Below, piece after piece: positions 12,348 through 27,892 of a DNA stretch of 64,000 nucleotides. The position numbers and the translations under genes are program-made. The first letter of the stretch is position 1. Each line of letters opens with the position of its first letter. The notes beneath the pieces were generated by a model, which worked only from the letters and a program-made list of their open reading frames with translations, did not search any database and was not told where the DNA came from. Source of the stretch: Octopus vulgaris (lineage: Eukaryota); NCBI GenBank assembly GCA_951406725.2, contig OX597831.1:81840001-81904000 (forward strand), in the 5' to 3' direction.

Positions 12348-15300
12348 GAGAGAGAGAGAGAGAGTAAAGTGGTTGTGTGATAAGAAGTTAGCTTTCCAAC
12401 CACATGGTTCCAGGTTCAGTTCTATTGCATGCTACCTTAAGCAAGCATCTTCTACTTTAGTCCTGGCCAAGCATTAAAAAAAATGAGGACTAGGATTTAT
12501 TCATTCAACTAAAACCCTTTGAAGTGATGCTCCAGCATGGCCTCAGTCACAACTAAGGATACATGTCACAAAAAGTCCAAAGTTAGTCACAGCCCTAGAG
12601 TCCCTCAACCAATTCCAATTTCTATGATATTTAAATATCTCAGATTACAAAACTAACCCCAACCCTACCTCACCCAGAAATGATACCATTTTAGCATTTT
12701 ACCGCTAATCATGTTGAATTTTCTATCTTCTGTTGGCAAAAAATGTTTCCGAGTTCCTTAATTTTTCGATGCTAAGATTTATTTTAGTTGTGTGTGTTGT
12801 TGGTGATATTCTTTTCTACTCTAGGCACAAGGCTCGAAATTTTGGGGAAGGGGGCCAGTCGATTAGATCAACCCCAGTGTGTAACTGGTACTTAATTTAT
12901 CGACCCCGAAAGGATGAAGGGCAAAGTTGACCTCAGCGGAATTTGAACTCAGAACATAAAGACAGATGAAATACCAGTGTGCTAACGTTTCTGCCAGATC
13001 ACTGCTTTGTGTTCTTGGTGATGTTGTGCTTGAGGCTGCCTCTGGTTTTTATCAAGTTAGCAATTTCTGGGGACAAGTGCAAGTCACTCGCATTTTCCAT
13101 CAGGTAGCAGAGAGAAGGGGCCATCTTTATCGCTGGTGTAGCAGTATCATCATCATCATCATCATCATCAAGTGTTACAAAGGAAATTCTCAAGAAAGAA
13201 GTGACTACAAAGACACCAAACTGATGGCCTGACTTAGCAAGGCAGTGAGCTGGCAGAATCGTTAGCACGCTGGACGAAATGCTAAGCAGTATTTTGTCTG
13301 CTGTTACGTTCTGAGTTCAAATTCTGCCAAGGTCGACTTTGCCTTTCATCCTTTCGGGGTCGATAAATTAAGTGCGTAACTGGACCCAGTTACGCACTTG
13401 GGTCCATGTAATCTACTTACTCTCCTTGTCTGTCCTTGTTTGTCCCCTCTATGTTTAGCCCCTTGTGGACAATAAAGAAATAAGAAAATTAACTTAGATA
13501 AGATGTGGTACAGGTAGGTATGTGCCATGCTGGAGCAAGACTGGTGTCCTCTTCCAAGTGAAACAATAACAGACATTACTAGCAAAGAACAAACAACAAC
13601 TCTATGTACCAATCTCTCACTGGACACCACACTTTATAGTCTGCTGATTTCAAAGAAAACTAAATGTAGACGAATGGATTGTGAAAGTCCCGTGAGGAGC
13701 TATGGATGGAAATGCTGTGAGCAAAATGAGAGTTAGGAAGAAGGAATTTAGCTGGTTCTCAGCTTCCTCCACTTGGTTAAAGTTCTCCAGGTCATGGCAC
13801 AGGAATTTATAACCAACTGTCAGTGCGAACGCCTGTGTACTAGACTTAGTTCTCAGATCTGAATCTTTTAAAGAATTGGAGAAGAAAATCTAAACTTGGA
13901 ATCAAGCCAAGCCTATAATCAAGATTTCCTAAAATAGAACTAAAGATAAAAAAAGGCAAATGTTTTACTAAAGAAAGAAATCAGGATGCTATTGGCCTCT
14001 GGATAGGGGCCATACTTGGTGTGTAAAAAGGAGTGAGTAGGAATTCCTATACCCTATAATTAATATAATAATCAATGGGAGTACAAGAGGTATAATGAGA
14101 TTCCAAGGAGACTGATGGAGGAAAACTTTCGAATGCTGTTTTGGAGAGCTGAACGGTAGCAGTTAAATGCTTCGTGTTATAGGGGGTAGCCTAATTAGTG
14201 GTGGGGAAGGATGTTCCACAAATACCCAGAGTAGGAACAGGGTAGGAAAGTTGAAAGAACTAGCAACAAATGGGTTGTCTTTGCGAGTGAAGAGACATTG
14301 TACGATGATGTTGTCTTGGAGGAAAATATGAGCATCGGATGTGGAGGATGTCGGAAAGATGGGAAGGAATGAAGTGAACAGGTTTTGCTGGATGAGTAAA
14401 TGTTAATGTTACATCAACAACAACAGCCAAATGCCCCTCGAATTATACTTCACCATTTTAACAATGGGCGGACACATATAATAATATATTCTTAGATACA
14501 CTATGGATAAAATAAAACGTGATGGTCATGGCAGAAACGCCTGTGAACATAGATCTACTGAATGAAGGTTTAAACAACATAAAGCCACTACGTGGTCACG
14601 CAACAATGCTAAAAACAGCTGCTAAATCTACTTCAAATAACCTCCAAGCGCTTTTAAAATATGAACGACACATTAGATAATGTAGTCCTCGATATACTAT
14701 GCCTAAATAAAAGACAATGAAGTACGGTTAGGAAGCTGCTCAAACCACGAATATTCAACACGATTCATCAAGAAGTTGCCTCCCTTGCACAACAATTTAG
14801 CCTACATGAGTTATTTCCCTTATTTATATTCCCTTTCCATTCATATCTCTGGAGGTGAACTACCTTTATATTGCCTCTACAATTTCCTTTCCCGGATGAT
14901 ATCATTTCACTTCACCTGAGCAGCTAAATTTCCGAGGAAAGGCATGAAGGTCACTGTCTCTCCGTTCCCTGTCCTATATAATCTAAATAACTGTGTTTAC
15001 TTCATTCTATTTCAGAGAACAAAAGACAATCATGAAGAGGAGAAAATGGAAGTTGTGGCGTTCATGCCTTCACTACAATGTCGCTTAAGTTATACACAAA
15101 AAAAAAAGAAAGAAAACATATTTCTGGTTGTTTAGCCCTCGGAAAGGCTTTATTCAGCAGACCAATGATTGAAAGATATTCCATTTGTGACCATCCTGTC
15201 TTTTATACAGACATAATGTAGCAAGGGCTAATTATTCCATGTGTGCAATTTTTTTTAAGACAATGGGGTGTAATTTGTGAGAGATTTGGTTGATGTTTCT

Positions 15301-16537
15301 TGCAAATCTAGAGACCACATAGAGGCTACCTTGTCTACTAAATGCAGTTATAAAGTTAGCAGTCTCAGATCAACAGCCCAATGTGTAGATGTGAAGGGGG
15401 GGGGGGCTAATAAGTGAAACAAGGTGGCCAGAAAGATGAAGTTTATATTAAAGAAATATAAAAATAGGCAGAGGCGTGGGTGAGTGAGTGGTTAAGAAAC
15501 TTGCTTCCCAACCATGTGGCCTTGGGTTCAATCCCATTGTGTGGTATCATTCTATATCTTCTACTATAGCCCTGGGCTGGGAAAAAGCCTTTGAGATGGA
15601 AACTGAAAGAAGCCTATTATGTGTGTGTTTGTGTGTGTGTACTTGTCTCCACCACCACTTGATAACCAGCACTGGTTTGTTTACATCCCTGTAACTTAGT
15701 GGTTTAGCAAAAGGGACTGATAAAATAAATTCCAGCCTTAAAGAAAAACTAAGTACAAGGGATCAACTAAACCCTTCTGTCTAATGATTAGAAGAAGAAA
15801 AAGATTAAAAAAATAAAAGAATATAGACATAGTCAACCCACACTGAAATGAGAGGATTTCATATAAAGCTGTTTCGAAGGAAATGGAATTCCCTGTGATG
15901 GAAAAAGGGAAGAAAGAGATGCAAATTTGCAGAAGAATAAAGAAATGTTTTCTCACCACTTTTGCTGCTACAACTGATGACCCAAGGGGTTTGTTGTTGC
16001 TGTCAAATACTTCAATACCTTGTGGTATTTCACTGTTCCGCATCAGAACCACATTACAAGTACTCGCAGTCGCTATCAATAAAAGACACAAACATTCCAT
16101 CAACAAATATAAACAAGCTTCTTTTTCTTCTTAATTAGTAATTTATATTGATCTTGTTTTAATTAAGTACTTGTTTAATTAACTTTTGGACTAACAGCTA
16201 TAGTTGACTATTTGTCTCAAGCATATAGATGTGTGTGTTTGTGTGTGAAGGCATGTGGCCTAATGGTTAGAGTATCACACACAAAATTGCTAGATCACGG
16301 GTTCAATTCCCAGACCTGGGCAGTGCATTGTGTTCTTGAGCAAAACACTTCACTCCATGTTGCTCCATTCCACTCAGCTGTAACTCTGCAACGGTCTTCT
16401 GGTTTGGTGGGATGTTGGTTTGCTCGCCTGGCCAGCAGAGTGGCATTAGCCAAACACCAAAATGACGTGCAGTGCACTGTGGCCAGTGATGTATAACAAC
16501 ATTCGATAGTCTGGTCAATACCATGATATACCATGAC

Positions 16538-16572
<35 letters not shown>

Positions 16573-17069
16573 AACATACATACATGTGTGTGTGAGAGAG
16601 AGAGAGATGCTATATCTCTCCTGTCATCCCATGTTTCATTCACTGATTTGCAAACAATGCTTCATGAATGAAGCCATTTGTTTGTCTTCCAGGCTGTATG
16701 AAAGTATGGCCAGGCTGTTTTGTTTTCCAAGAGAGTGGAAGATTATTATTATTACGTCACATGGAAACGAGTAAGAGTGGGAAACAAGAAAGGCATCAGG
16801 CCAAAGGAAATACAACCCCAACAAACATTTGTCTGACCCTTACAAGCAAGGAAAGGTAGATATCAAAATGATGACGACGATGATGATGATGATGATGATA
16901 ACATTATTCCAGCAAACACTCTCATAAGACTTGAACCCAGTATCTCTGGATAAACAGGAACAGGTCAGGAAGGAAAGCAAAAACAAAATAAACACAAGAC
17001 AAAACAAAAACAAAAAGACTCATAAAAAAAAGATGAATAATTTGAAAGATGAGAGAAATGGCAAAATGT

Positions 17070-17132
<63 letters not shown>

Positions 17133-19358
17133 GTTGCCACTCACCGACAGCAGGAAATGGTACAAATCTTTTGATAAAGATTTTGGTAGCAGGGCTAAAA
17201 CGTTCCGCTTTTTCTATGAGGACACTGATGCCAACCTGGGATAGAAAGACCAAACCAAAATTGACTCTCAAATGGAACATCGAAAGAAGAAGAAGCGACA
17301 GAAAACTTCAGCTGCTGCTGCTGCTGCCGCTATGGGGTTATTAGTTCTTTATTTATTTTGCATTTGTGTCCAGGAATGGTCATGTTGTTAAGGAATTTGT
17401 TTAATTTTCTATTCAATTGCAGTAATAAACATTTTAGGTTTTTGGAAACTATAGAATCAAATGCGAAGGTGTTTGCAATATCAATGAATGACATAAATGG
17501 GGAATGCAAAAAATAAAAAAAGAAAACGTTTTCAGAACAGTCAATATTTTTATGGTTCAAAAATTGCGATTTGTGACATAAAACGTCCTCTGGAATTAGC
17601 CAGAGCTGACAGACTTTAACTACTAAATATTGTTAAACACATCTCTGCAAATGCAACGATGTGCACAAGCAATTCACTTTAAATACAACGAACAACCGGC
17701 GGTGAGAGTGTTTTTAGCAGATCCCCAGGTGGGGGTCATGGCAGGCAAGGGGTTAATGTTTGAAATGTATTAGTAGGAAGTTCAAATAGTTATAAGGGAG
17801 ACAACCGTGTGTTGACTACTTACAGCTATGGAGACGGCGGTGGAAACAGCTCCGACGTACCCGACTATGAACCGTTTCATTGGGGTAGGCTGCGGAAGAG
17901 AAACAATATATACCCACCGTTAAATAGGGTGGATTATACATGCCTACACACACATGTAACTTACATATACACGAAAACACACACACACACATACATACAC
18001 ATTCATACTTTAGACATGCACAAATGTACTCACACCCGTACTTTACAGATGGAAAACATACACATATACGCATGTACGGACATATTTTGCACATGCTCGT
18101 TCCTATTTTCACCTGTGTGTGTGTGTGTACATATTTTACACATGAACATCTATTTGCATATGCACACACACATAGATAGACATACTTCAGGGGCGGACCC
18201 AAAGGAGGACATAATGGGCCGATGCCCCTCGCCCCTCAAAAAAAGACATGCACCCTTCTAAACAATGTTATTTCGCCCTTTTCTCCTGGAAGTGTATTCC
18301 CTTCTGACCTTGTGCCCTCCCTTCGAAAAACTCCTGGGACACTGCCTGTACTTTAGACACGTGCATATAAACTCTTCACTCTAATATACACACCACAGTT
18401 TCAATTCTAGAGAAACACTAAAGATTACTTCTCATAAAAACAAATTTCATTTTGACATCAGGGGGAGGGAGAGGAGTGGTGGCACCCCTTCGTTATTTCT
18501 CACACCTTTTACGTCTAATTACTGTCCTGTTATTACTGGCATCACATCATCTTGTTCGTCACATCTTCATCACCACAATCGGTCACACAACAACACACAA
18601 TAAACTGGCATTCTGTTGGTTGTGATGACAAATGTGCCAACAGAACGGCCAGTGGCTGAGTACTCCACAGACATGGCATACCTTATTAATATGTGGTTCT
18701 CAGGGAGATTCAGTGTGACACAGAATTGTAATTACAGGTAAAACACATTTTTGTCTAGAATAACGTGAAATAAAGTGTCTTGCTCAAGGACTCAATGTGC
18801 CACCAGGAATCGAACTCAGGACCTTATGATGATGAGCAACGACTAAACCAGAGCAACCCCTAAGCCTCCACTACAACACACAACATCCCTGTTTCAAATA
18901 GAAAGGATTTCATCTATAAATATACAAATATGACATGTCATAGTCAAAATAGTTTCCTGCATGGAAAATATCCCCACCCAAGGGCCAGTCAGGAGTATTT
19001 CTCCAAATATAGGCAAAGGTATGGCTGTGCGGTGAAGAAGCTTGCTCCCAAACCATGTGGTTTTGGGTTCAGTCCCACTGTACAGCACTTTGGGTAAAAG
19101 CAACATTTCTAAGATGAAGAGAATAAACCAAAAATGACAAACATTCGAAAATTGCAGAGAAAACTCTAGAATGGTTGGTAATGTTCTCCCTGCTGTCTTC
19201 CGCTTACCTTGGTAGCATTTCTGTTGGCATAATTAACACAGGCGTTGTGGCTTTGATTCATCCATTGCCAAAGGATTGTCTTGCCAATGGTTGGATTTGG
19301 CAGCAGCATTCCAATAACCTGCAGGAAAGAAGGGGGAGGAAGAAAAGAGTCAAATGTT

Positions 19359-19389
<31 letters not shown>

Positions 19390-22300
19390 AATTGGTGCAG
19401 GTCTTAAATAGATCCTAACATAATTACTTGGCATGCATGCAAAGTGCACGCGCATGCACACGCACACACACACAAAATGGCTGAACTCAAAATCTTTTCC
19501 CGTTATTCTTGTAACATCCAAGGTTAAACAAAAGACATTCTGCCCCTGGAAACCCTTAAGAGAGAGGAGATACATTGTCCTTGCCCTTACAATCCTAAAG
19601 ACCAGAAAATCAATTTAACTTGAAACAAACTGCCGGCATCAGTTGTCAGTTGTCGGAGCACTGCATCCTTCAAAACTTCCATGTTTCCTGAGATTCGCCA
19701 ACACTACACCTGATTTTCTCCCCTCCATACACACACAAGCATGTATCTGACTCATACACTGTTCACTTCCAAGACATTTGCACATTACCGCATATGCTTT
19801 ATATGCACTTTTGACGAGTTGTGGTGCACCTGAGCACTGTATACAATAATTTCATTATTATTATTATTATTATTAAACCAAGAACCTCATTAATTTTTAT
19901 CAAATATTCTTATCTAATTCAAACAATTTATATCTTAGTCAATGAATGTCAAATATTGTATGATTTATGCAGTATAATTTTTATATAATTTTTATATAAT
20001 TATTCTATAGATAGACAGAGGGAAGGGTGTGTGGTAAGAGGTTTACTTCCCAAGCACATGGTCTTGGATTCAGAACCACTGTGTGGTGCCTTGGGCTGAC
20101 CAAAGCCTAGTGGATAGAGTTGGTAGACATTTGGTTGGCATTAGGAAGCGCATCCGGCCATAGAAACCATGCCAACAGACAGTAGAGGTCAGAGCCGTCT
20201 TCTGGCTTGCCAGCACCTGTCAAACTGTCCAACCCATGCCAGCAGGGAAAACAGATGTTGAATGATGATGATGATGATGATGATGACGGTGACTGATGCA
20301 TGTATGCAATGCATACAGACAGACAGACAGACATATGGTGTAGTGGGTGGCAGTTGACCTATGGTTAAAACAACAACAACAATAAATAGTGAGGTCATTA
20401 ATTAAGGGCAAAATACTTACGAATGGGGACCCAAATGGCACAAAACCTGAAAGAGGGAGAAAGAAACACGAGATTAATAAAATAATATTTAGTATTTAGA
20501 ACCCTGCCCTCCATTTACCATATATGGAAGTGGAGAGAGAGAGAGAGAGAGAGAGGCAGACAGGGAGGGAGGGAGAGAAGGAGAAAGAAGGGCAATGGGG
20601 AAGGTGAGTGAAAGAAGATGAGTGACAATAGTTTGAGAGTGGAGAATAGGAAAAGTGAGGGTGGCTGGGAGAGGAGATTTTGTAAGTTTAAAGTGAAGTG
20701 AAAGGGGTCACTCATGCAGGAATGCGTAGGTGCAGGGGTTGTTGTGTGGTAAGAAGCTTGCATCTCCAACCACAGGGTTCCAGGTTCAGTCCTACTGCAT
20801 GCCACTTGGGCCAAGTGGCTTCTTCTATGGCCCTGGGCCAACTAAAGCTTCATCAGTGGATTTGGTAGCTGGAAACTGAAAGAAACCCGTGGTATATATA
20901 CATAATACATACATATATATGTGTATGTATGTATGTATATATATATACACACACACACACAGATATATATATATATATATATAAATATATATATATTGAT
21001 AAAACGGTAATACATAAATATATATATACATAAATACATAAATATATATAAACATAAATATATATATATATTAATATTTTTTTTTTTCTAGTTTCAGCTC
21101 AGAGCTGCGGCCATGCTGATGCACCACCGTTTTGTGCTACACTGTTATTACGACGAACCTCGTCTAATATGTGGCACTTGGTGAAGAATGGAGTTTGATA
21201 CAGCTACTCTCATTTGCACCTCTTGACGTGAGGTAGGTTCATCTGGGACTCTCGACAGGAAGATGTCCAGCTTTGATTTAAAAACCGCTACATCTACTTT
21301 GTGCAAGTTCCTCAGACTCTTTGGGAGAATATTAAAAAGCTGTGGGCCCTTGAAACCCAGGCTGTTGTAGTAGCTGGTCCTGAAGCATGATGGCATTGCT
21401 GGGATCTTTGGCACTATGCAGTGTCGTCCCGTTCTAGCAATGGTGTAGCTTACAATGCCAAAATTTGGCACAATTCCTTCCAGGATCTTCCAGACATATA
21501 TTACTGCATACCTCTCCCGTCTTCTCTCCAGGGAGTAGAGTCTTAGCTGTTTCAACCTTTCCCAGTAGCTGAGCTGTTGCAAAGAGACAATCTTCTTTGT
21601 GAATCTTCTCTGGATTGCTTCAAGGTCCGCTGTTAATTTTACACTGGTGGGTGACCATAGCTGTGAGCAGTAATCCAGGCGACTGAGGACGAATGTCCGC
21701 CAGAGGACCATCATGGTTTCCTTATCTCTGGTTCTGAATGTTCTTAGGATCCACCCAGCCAGTCGTCTGCACTTTGTCACCATCCTGGTAATGTGCACTT
21801 GGAAAGAGGTATCATCACTCATGTCGATACCCAGGCCCCTCACAGACTTAGGCTCTGGGATTGAAATTCCCTGTGGGCCGGTGTATCCTGTAAGTTTAAT
21901 ATTCAGTTTTGGATGCTGGTAGCGCAGGGCCTGGAATTTTTCAGCATTAAACTGCATATTATTATCCTCAGCCCATTTGTAGATTGAGTCCAACTCCTGC
22001 TGCAGGTGTGCAACATCGCTGGGGTTCTGTATTTTCTGCGAGACTTTTGTATCGTCTGCATAGCTGGCCAGAGTGGCTATCCGGGAATTTGAGGGCATAT
22101 CTGAGAGGGCCACTATAAAAAGCAGTGGTCCCAAGACAGTGCCCTGTGGAACACCGCTCACTATTTGTGTGTTCATACAGGTGGCTCCATTAACCACTAC
22201 TGCCTGACTCCTATCTTTCAGGAAGTCATGCAACCACACTCCAAGTTTTCCAGCTATGCCGAGGTCACGTAGTTTGTGGTATATCATACCATGATCCACC

Positions 22301-24790
22301 TTGTCAAAAGCTTTTGCAAAATCAAGGTAGATTACGTCCACATTTGATTTGTTGAGTAACTGCCTCAACGCCCAGTCATAATGCTGTAAGAGCTGGGTCA
22401 GGCAGCTCCTACCTGGTTGAAAACCATGCTGGGTATTACTCAGCAAGTTATTTTCCTCAAGGAATGCGATTAGTTTCTTTCTGACTATCTGTTCCATGAC
22501 TTTGCTGATGTGTGAAGTCAGAGAGATAGGCCTATAGTTTTTGGCATCTGCTCTACTTCCCCTTTATGTATTGGGCATATTATTCCCTCCTTCAGCTTGC
22601 TTGGCAGTTTGCCATTCGCAAGAAAGCTCTGGAAGAGAATCTTGAGGGGTTTTGCCAGGGCATGCTTACACGCTTTGAGGAGGATGGCTGGGAAACCGTG
22701 GTGAGAGACAAACACACACACACACACACACATTCTTTTTCTTTTATTCTTTTACTTGTTTCAATCATTTGACTGTGGCCATGTTGGAGCACTGCCTTTA
22801 GAACTTTATTCTTTGTAAGCCTAGTACTTATTTTATCGGTCTCTTTTGCTGAACTGCAAAGTAAGAGGGATGTAAGCACACCAGCCTCGGTTGTCAAGTG
22901 ATGGTGTGGGGGGAGGACACAGACACACAAACATATACACACACATACATATATATATATACACACACACATGATAGGCTTCTTTCAGTTTCCATCTACC
23001 AAATCCACTCACAAGGCTTTGGTCAGCCTGAGGTTATAGAAGACACCTGCCCAAGGTGCCACGCAGTAGGACTGAACCAGGAACCATGTGGTTGGTAAGC
23101 AAGCTTCTTACCACACAGCTGGGCTTCTTTCAGTTTCCATCTCCCAAATCTACTCACTAGGCTTTAGTTGTCTTGTGGCTATAGTAGAAGACCCTCACTC
23201 CCAAGGTACCGTGTGGTAGGACTGAACCCAGGACCATGTGGTTGGAAAGCAGACTTCTTAATTTCTACAGAGTTGAGCTTTCAAGATGCAAGTGACTTCA
23301 TATTAAAAAAAAAAACAACAAAAGCATCACCTCCTCCTCATCCTTCTTCCCCCACCCCCACTTTTTCACTTCCTTCTAATTTAGGCACAAGGTAACCATT
23401 ACATGGTAACTTAAAAAGCTAGAAATAGCAGTCAAATCTCCTGTAGACCACAGCTTACCATCTTAAAAATAAAACAGGATACATTGGATTATTGTAGTCC
23501 AAGGAATATTTAAACCTGACAAAAGCTGGTGAGGTGGTCATGGTTGGAGCTTATTCAATTATAGGTTGACTCTATCATGAGTGACTTTGATTTAACAACA
23601 ATATCAATTGATATTTTGATGTTAAACAGCTGCCATAACGAGATACATTTACAATTAAATCAGAGATAACAAAAGATAATGGAAGTGCCTCACAATCTTC
23701 ACCATCATCACCATCAAAATAACAATAATAATAATAATAATAATACGTCACCTTACTGGCACCTGTGCTGGTGGCATGTATAAAAAGATTCGAGTGAGGT
23801 CATTGCCAGTATCACCTGACTGGCCCCGTTCCGGTAGCACATAAAAAGCACCCACTACACTCTCGGAGTGGTTGGCGTTAGGAAGGGCATCCAGCAGTAG
23901 AAACTCTGCCAGATCAAGATTGGAGCCTGGTGCAGCCATCTGGTTCGCCAGACCTCAGTTAAAATCGTCCAACCCATGCTAGCATGGAAAGCGGACATTA
24001 GACAATGAATAATAATAATAATAATAATAATGGTTTCAAATTTTGGCACAAGGCCAGCAATTTCAGGAAGTGTGTAAATCGAAAGCACTCAACCCCAGTA
24101 CTCAACTAGTACTTAATTTATCAACCCCGAAAGGATGAAAGGCAAAATTGACCTCGGCAGAATTTGAACTCAGGACGTAGCGACAGACGAAATACTGCTA
24201 AGCATTTCATCCAGCGGGCTAACGATTCTGCCAGCTCACTGCCTTAAATAACAATAACAAAAACCCTTCGTATTAGAGGCACAAGGTCTGAAATTTTGGT
24301 GGGGGTCAATGATATCAACCTGACTGATTAACTGGTATTTATTTTATTGACCCCAAAAGGATGAAAGGCAAAGTTGACCTTGGTGGAGTTTGAACTCATA
24401 AAGGTGCTAAGCATTTTGCCAGGTGTGCTAACAATGCTGCCAGCTTGCTGCTATAATAATAAAAAAAATAATAATAATGATGATGATGATGATAATGCAT
24501 GCAGCCAGGAAATAAAGGCAGAGGAAAAGAAAGAAACAAACAAATGAGTTATTCTACCTGACATTCGGAAAGGCATAAATATTTTTTCACCAGTATCAGG
24601 ATGTATGATGGCCTGAAATAGTGAGAGAGAGAGAGAGAGAGAGAGAGAGGAAGAGAAAATTGAAAGAGATTTAAAATATAAATCTATCGGAACAATTAGC
24701 TGACAGCACTCTTCCTTAAGCCCTATACGCTTCATGGAGCATAGGCCACCGATGACTTTTCTCCACTGTTCTTCACTCTGGGACTTTCTC

Positions 24791-24841
<51 letters not shown>

Positions 24842-25064
24842 AAATTTATAAATAAGGATAATATCGATATTTAAATATCAATGTTATCAAGTGGCCAGCA
24901 TGGGAATAAATACCAAACAAAGGTAATAATTATTTAAACCTATAAATAAGGGTATCTGAGAGATACCACCATGCCGAAATAGCAGTCATTTAAGGTGGTT
25001 TTTAGGGTCAGAGTTTTGACTGCTATTTCGGCATGGTGGTATCTCTCAGATACCCTTATATATA

Positions 25065-25095
<31 letters not shown>

Positions 25096-25982
25096 CATCG
25101 TTCGTGATTGTCATTTAACACCTGTTTCACATGGGTTGGGTGGTTTGGCAAGATGCAGCAAGCAGCAGCAGGGCTGTGCCGAGCTCTGCTGTCAGCTTTG
25201 GAATCTTTTCCACAGCTGTATACCCTTCTTAACACCAACCCCAATAGAACAACAGGTGAGAGAGATAACCACAGGTGAATTCAAGTCAAATGATCCATGG
25301 TTCAAACCCCATCGCAGTCATAGAGCCAAGCTTATAAATAAGAACATTATTATTATTATAGACTGCAGTGTTGATGAACAAAGGGCCTGTTAGCATCTGG
25401 TGCTCACCCAAAGTTCTTGCGCAGAGAGATGCAGGGACGAATTTCCTAACCAAGGGAAGACATTTTTGTCAGTAATTTCAAAATGGAATAACGTTTTTAA
25501 TGGGGTAGCAATAATGGTAGTGGTTATAGTGATGATGGTGATGGTACTGGTGGGGTGGGGGGATAGTAGTAGTAGCAGCAGCAGTGGAGGTAGCAGTAAC
25601 AGCACCAGCAGTAGTGGTGGTGGTGGTGGTGGTGGTGGTAGTGGTAGTGGTGGCAGCAGAAGTAGTTGCAGCAGCAGTAGTAATACAGTAGTATGTGTGT
25701 GTGTGTGTGTGTGTGTGCGTGTGTGTGTGAGTGAGTGTGTGTGTAATACAAAGCAAAAGTGTGTATAAAGAAAGACCTTACCTGTTTGACCTTCTGTGCC
25801 TCCCACAACTGTTTGCTGGGGACATTGTCAGGAAGCTGACCCTTTCTGTAGAGCTCTAACAACTGGATGGAAGACTGGAGTTTCTTATCACTGACCAACA
25901 GAGTTCTGGGGTCAATAACGTCCAGGAAATGTAACAGACGTCCTGTGAATGTCTCCTAGCAAAATAAATAATACTATGTATG

Positions 25983-26046
<64 letters not shown>

Positions 26047-27841
26047 TGGATAAATAGGTCGTTTGGAATTGTGTACTTCCCCTGTTCGAAGGTTATAATG
26101 GACACAGGTTTGTGTGTCACATAGCTAGCTAGAGGCAATGGCCTCTTGGAACTAATCAACGGCAGCATTCGTCCTATATTTCTGGACTGCCATATTAGCT
26201 TGGCGACAACTATTAATATCCAGTACCACTGACCATAGTCTCCTTTAGAGAGACTTAGAAATTTTAATATTTCTATATCATCATCATCTTCATTTAACGT
26301 CCGCTTTCCATGCTAGCATGGGTTGGACGGTTCAACTGGGGTCTGGGGAGCCCGAAAGCTGCACCAGTCCAGTCAGATCTGGCAGTGTTTCTACAGCTGG
26401 ATGCCCTTCCTAACGCCAACCACTCCGAGAGTGTAGTGGGTGATTTTATGTGCCACCGACACAGGTGCCAGACGAGGCTGGCAAACGGCCATGCTCGGAT
26501 GGTGTTTTTTATGTGCCACCGACACAGGTGCCAGACGAGGCTGGCAGACGGCCACGCTCGGATGGTGTTTTTATGTGCCACCGACACAGGTGCCAGATGA
26601 GGCTGGCAAACGGCCACGATCGGATGGTGTTTGTTACGTGCCCACAGCACGGAGGCCAGTTGATGCGGTACTGGCTACGGCCACGTTCGGATGGTTTTCT
26701 TGTGTGCCACGTGCCACCGGCACTGGTACCACAAAGATACAAATTCCATTATATATATATACACAGGGTGGCCCAAAAGTAGGTTTACAGTCATTCAACC
26801 ATCTCTTCTGCATTCATACATGAACAGTTTGGATCTTAATTATAAAAAAATATGAAACCCTTATTCTCTGCTGATTCAGTTAATTTTGTCAAGTTCCCTT
26901 TTCAGTTTGTCCGATAGAAATTTAAATGTAATAAAATGTTTTAAAGAAATTTAAAGTGCCTACATGATAACTGTAACCATACTTTTGGTCCGCCATGTAT
27001 ATGTGTATATGAGCGTGACCGTGACCGACCAGGCTTTCAGATGTTGCTACACATCGCTGGTCACAATGCGCTTCGCATTGTTTTAGCCTTCAAATGACGC
27101 CACCCGGCTGGCTAAGCGGGCAGGCCAACAGAAGAAAGAGTGAGAGAAAGTTGTGGCGAAAGCGTACACCACCCCCTGACGGAGCCTCGTGGAGCTTTAG
27201 GTGTTTTCGCTCAATAAACACTCACAATGCCCGGTCTGGGAATCGAAACTGCGATCCTACGACCGCGAGTCCGCTTCCCTAACCACTGGGCCACTGCGCC
27301 TCCACATAAGTGTATATACATACATATATATACGTGTACACACACACACATACACACATATATAGGGTAAGTAAGAAAATGGAGAGGATACAAAAACGAC
27401 ATACATCAGTCAGCTGGTAGACATTCTATTTATTCCAAAGTATTAGAAAGTATTAAAAGAATACATACACATGCAGTAACTATGTGCTACACACACACAC
27501 ACACAATGTGTGCTAATATTACAGAAAAAGAGCAAAAGATCAGATTGTCAATACTATACCTCAGTTGGTTGATTTCCCAACCTCTGACTCACACAGAAAT
27601 ATGCATATATATATATATATTCTTTTATTCTTTTATTTGTTTCAGTCATTTGACTGCGGCCATGCTGGAGCATCGCCTTTAGTCGAACAAACTGACCCCA
27701 GGACTTATTCTTTGTAAACCTAGTACTTATTCTACCAGTCTCTTTTACTGAACTGCTAAGTTATGGGGACATAAACACACCAGCATTGGTTGTCAAGCGA
27801 TGGTAGGGGGTACAAACACAGACACACAAACATACACATAC

Positions 27842-27892
<51 letters not shown>

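Noticed and set aside
13680-14400. Possible decayed I/Jockey-type LINE fragment on the minus strand
   Set aside because: Only one weak motif ([10 protein letters not shown]); too degenerate to support.
21148-22497. Domesticated reverse transcriptase gene
   Set aside because: It is 5'-truncated with an upstream frameshift and a poly(A) tail, and its first Met is internal to the RT domain; this is an ordinary young LINE copy.
26448-26730. Regularly spaced repeats as a CRISPR array
   Set aside because: The units are contiguous tandem copies without unique spacers, inside a eukaryotic retroposon, and there are no cas genes.
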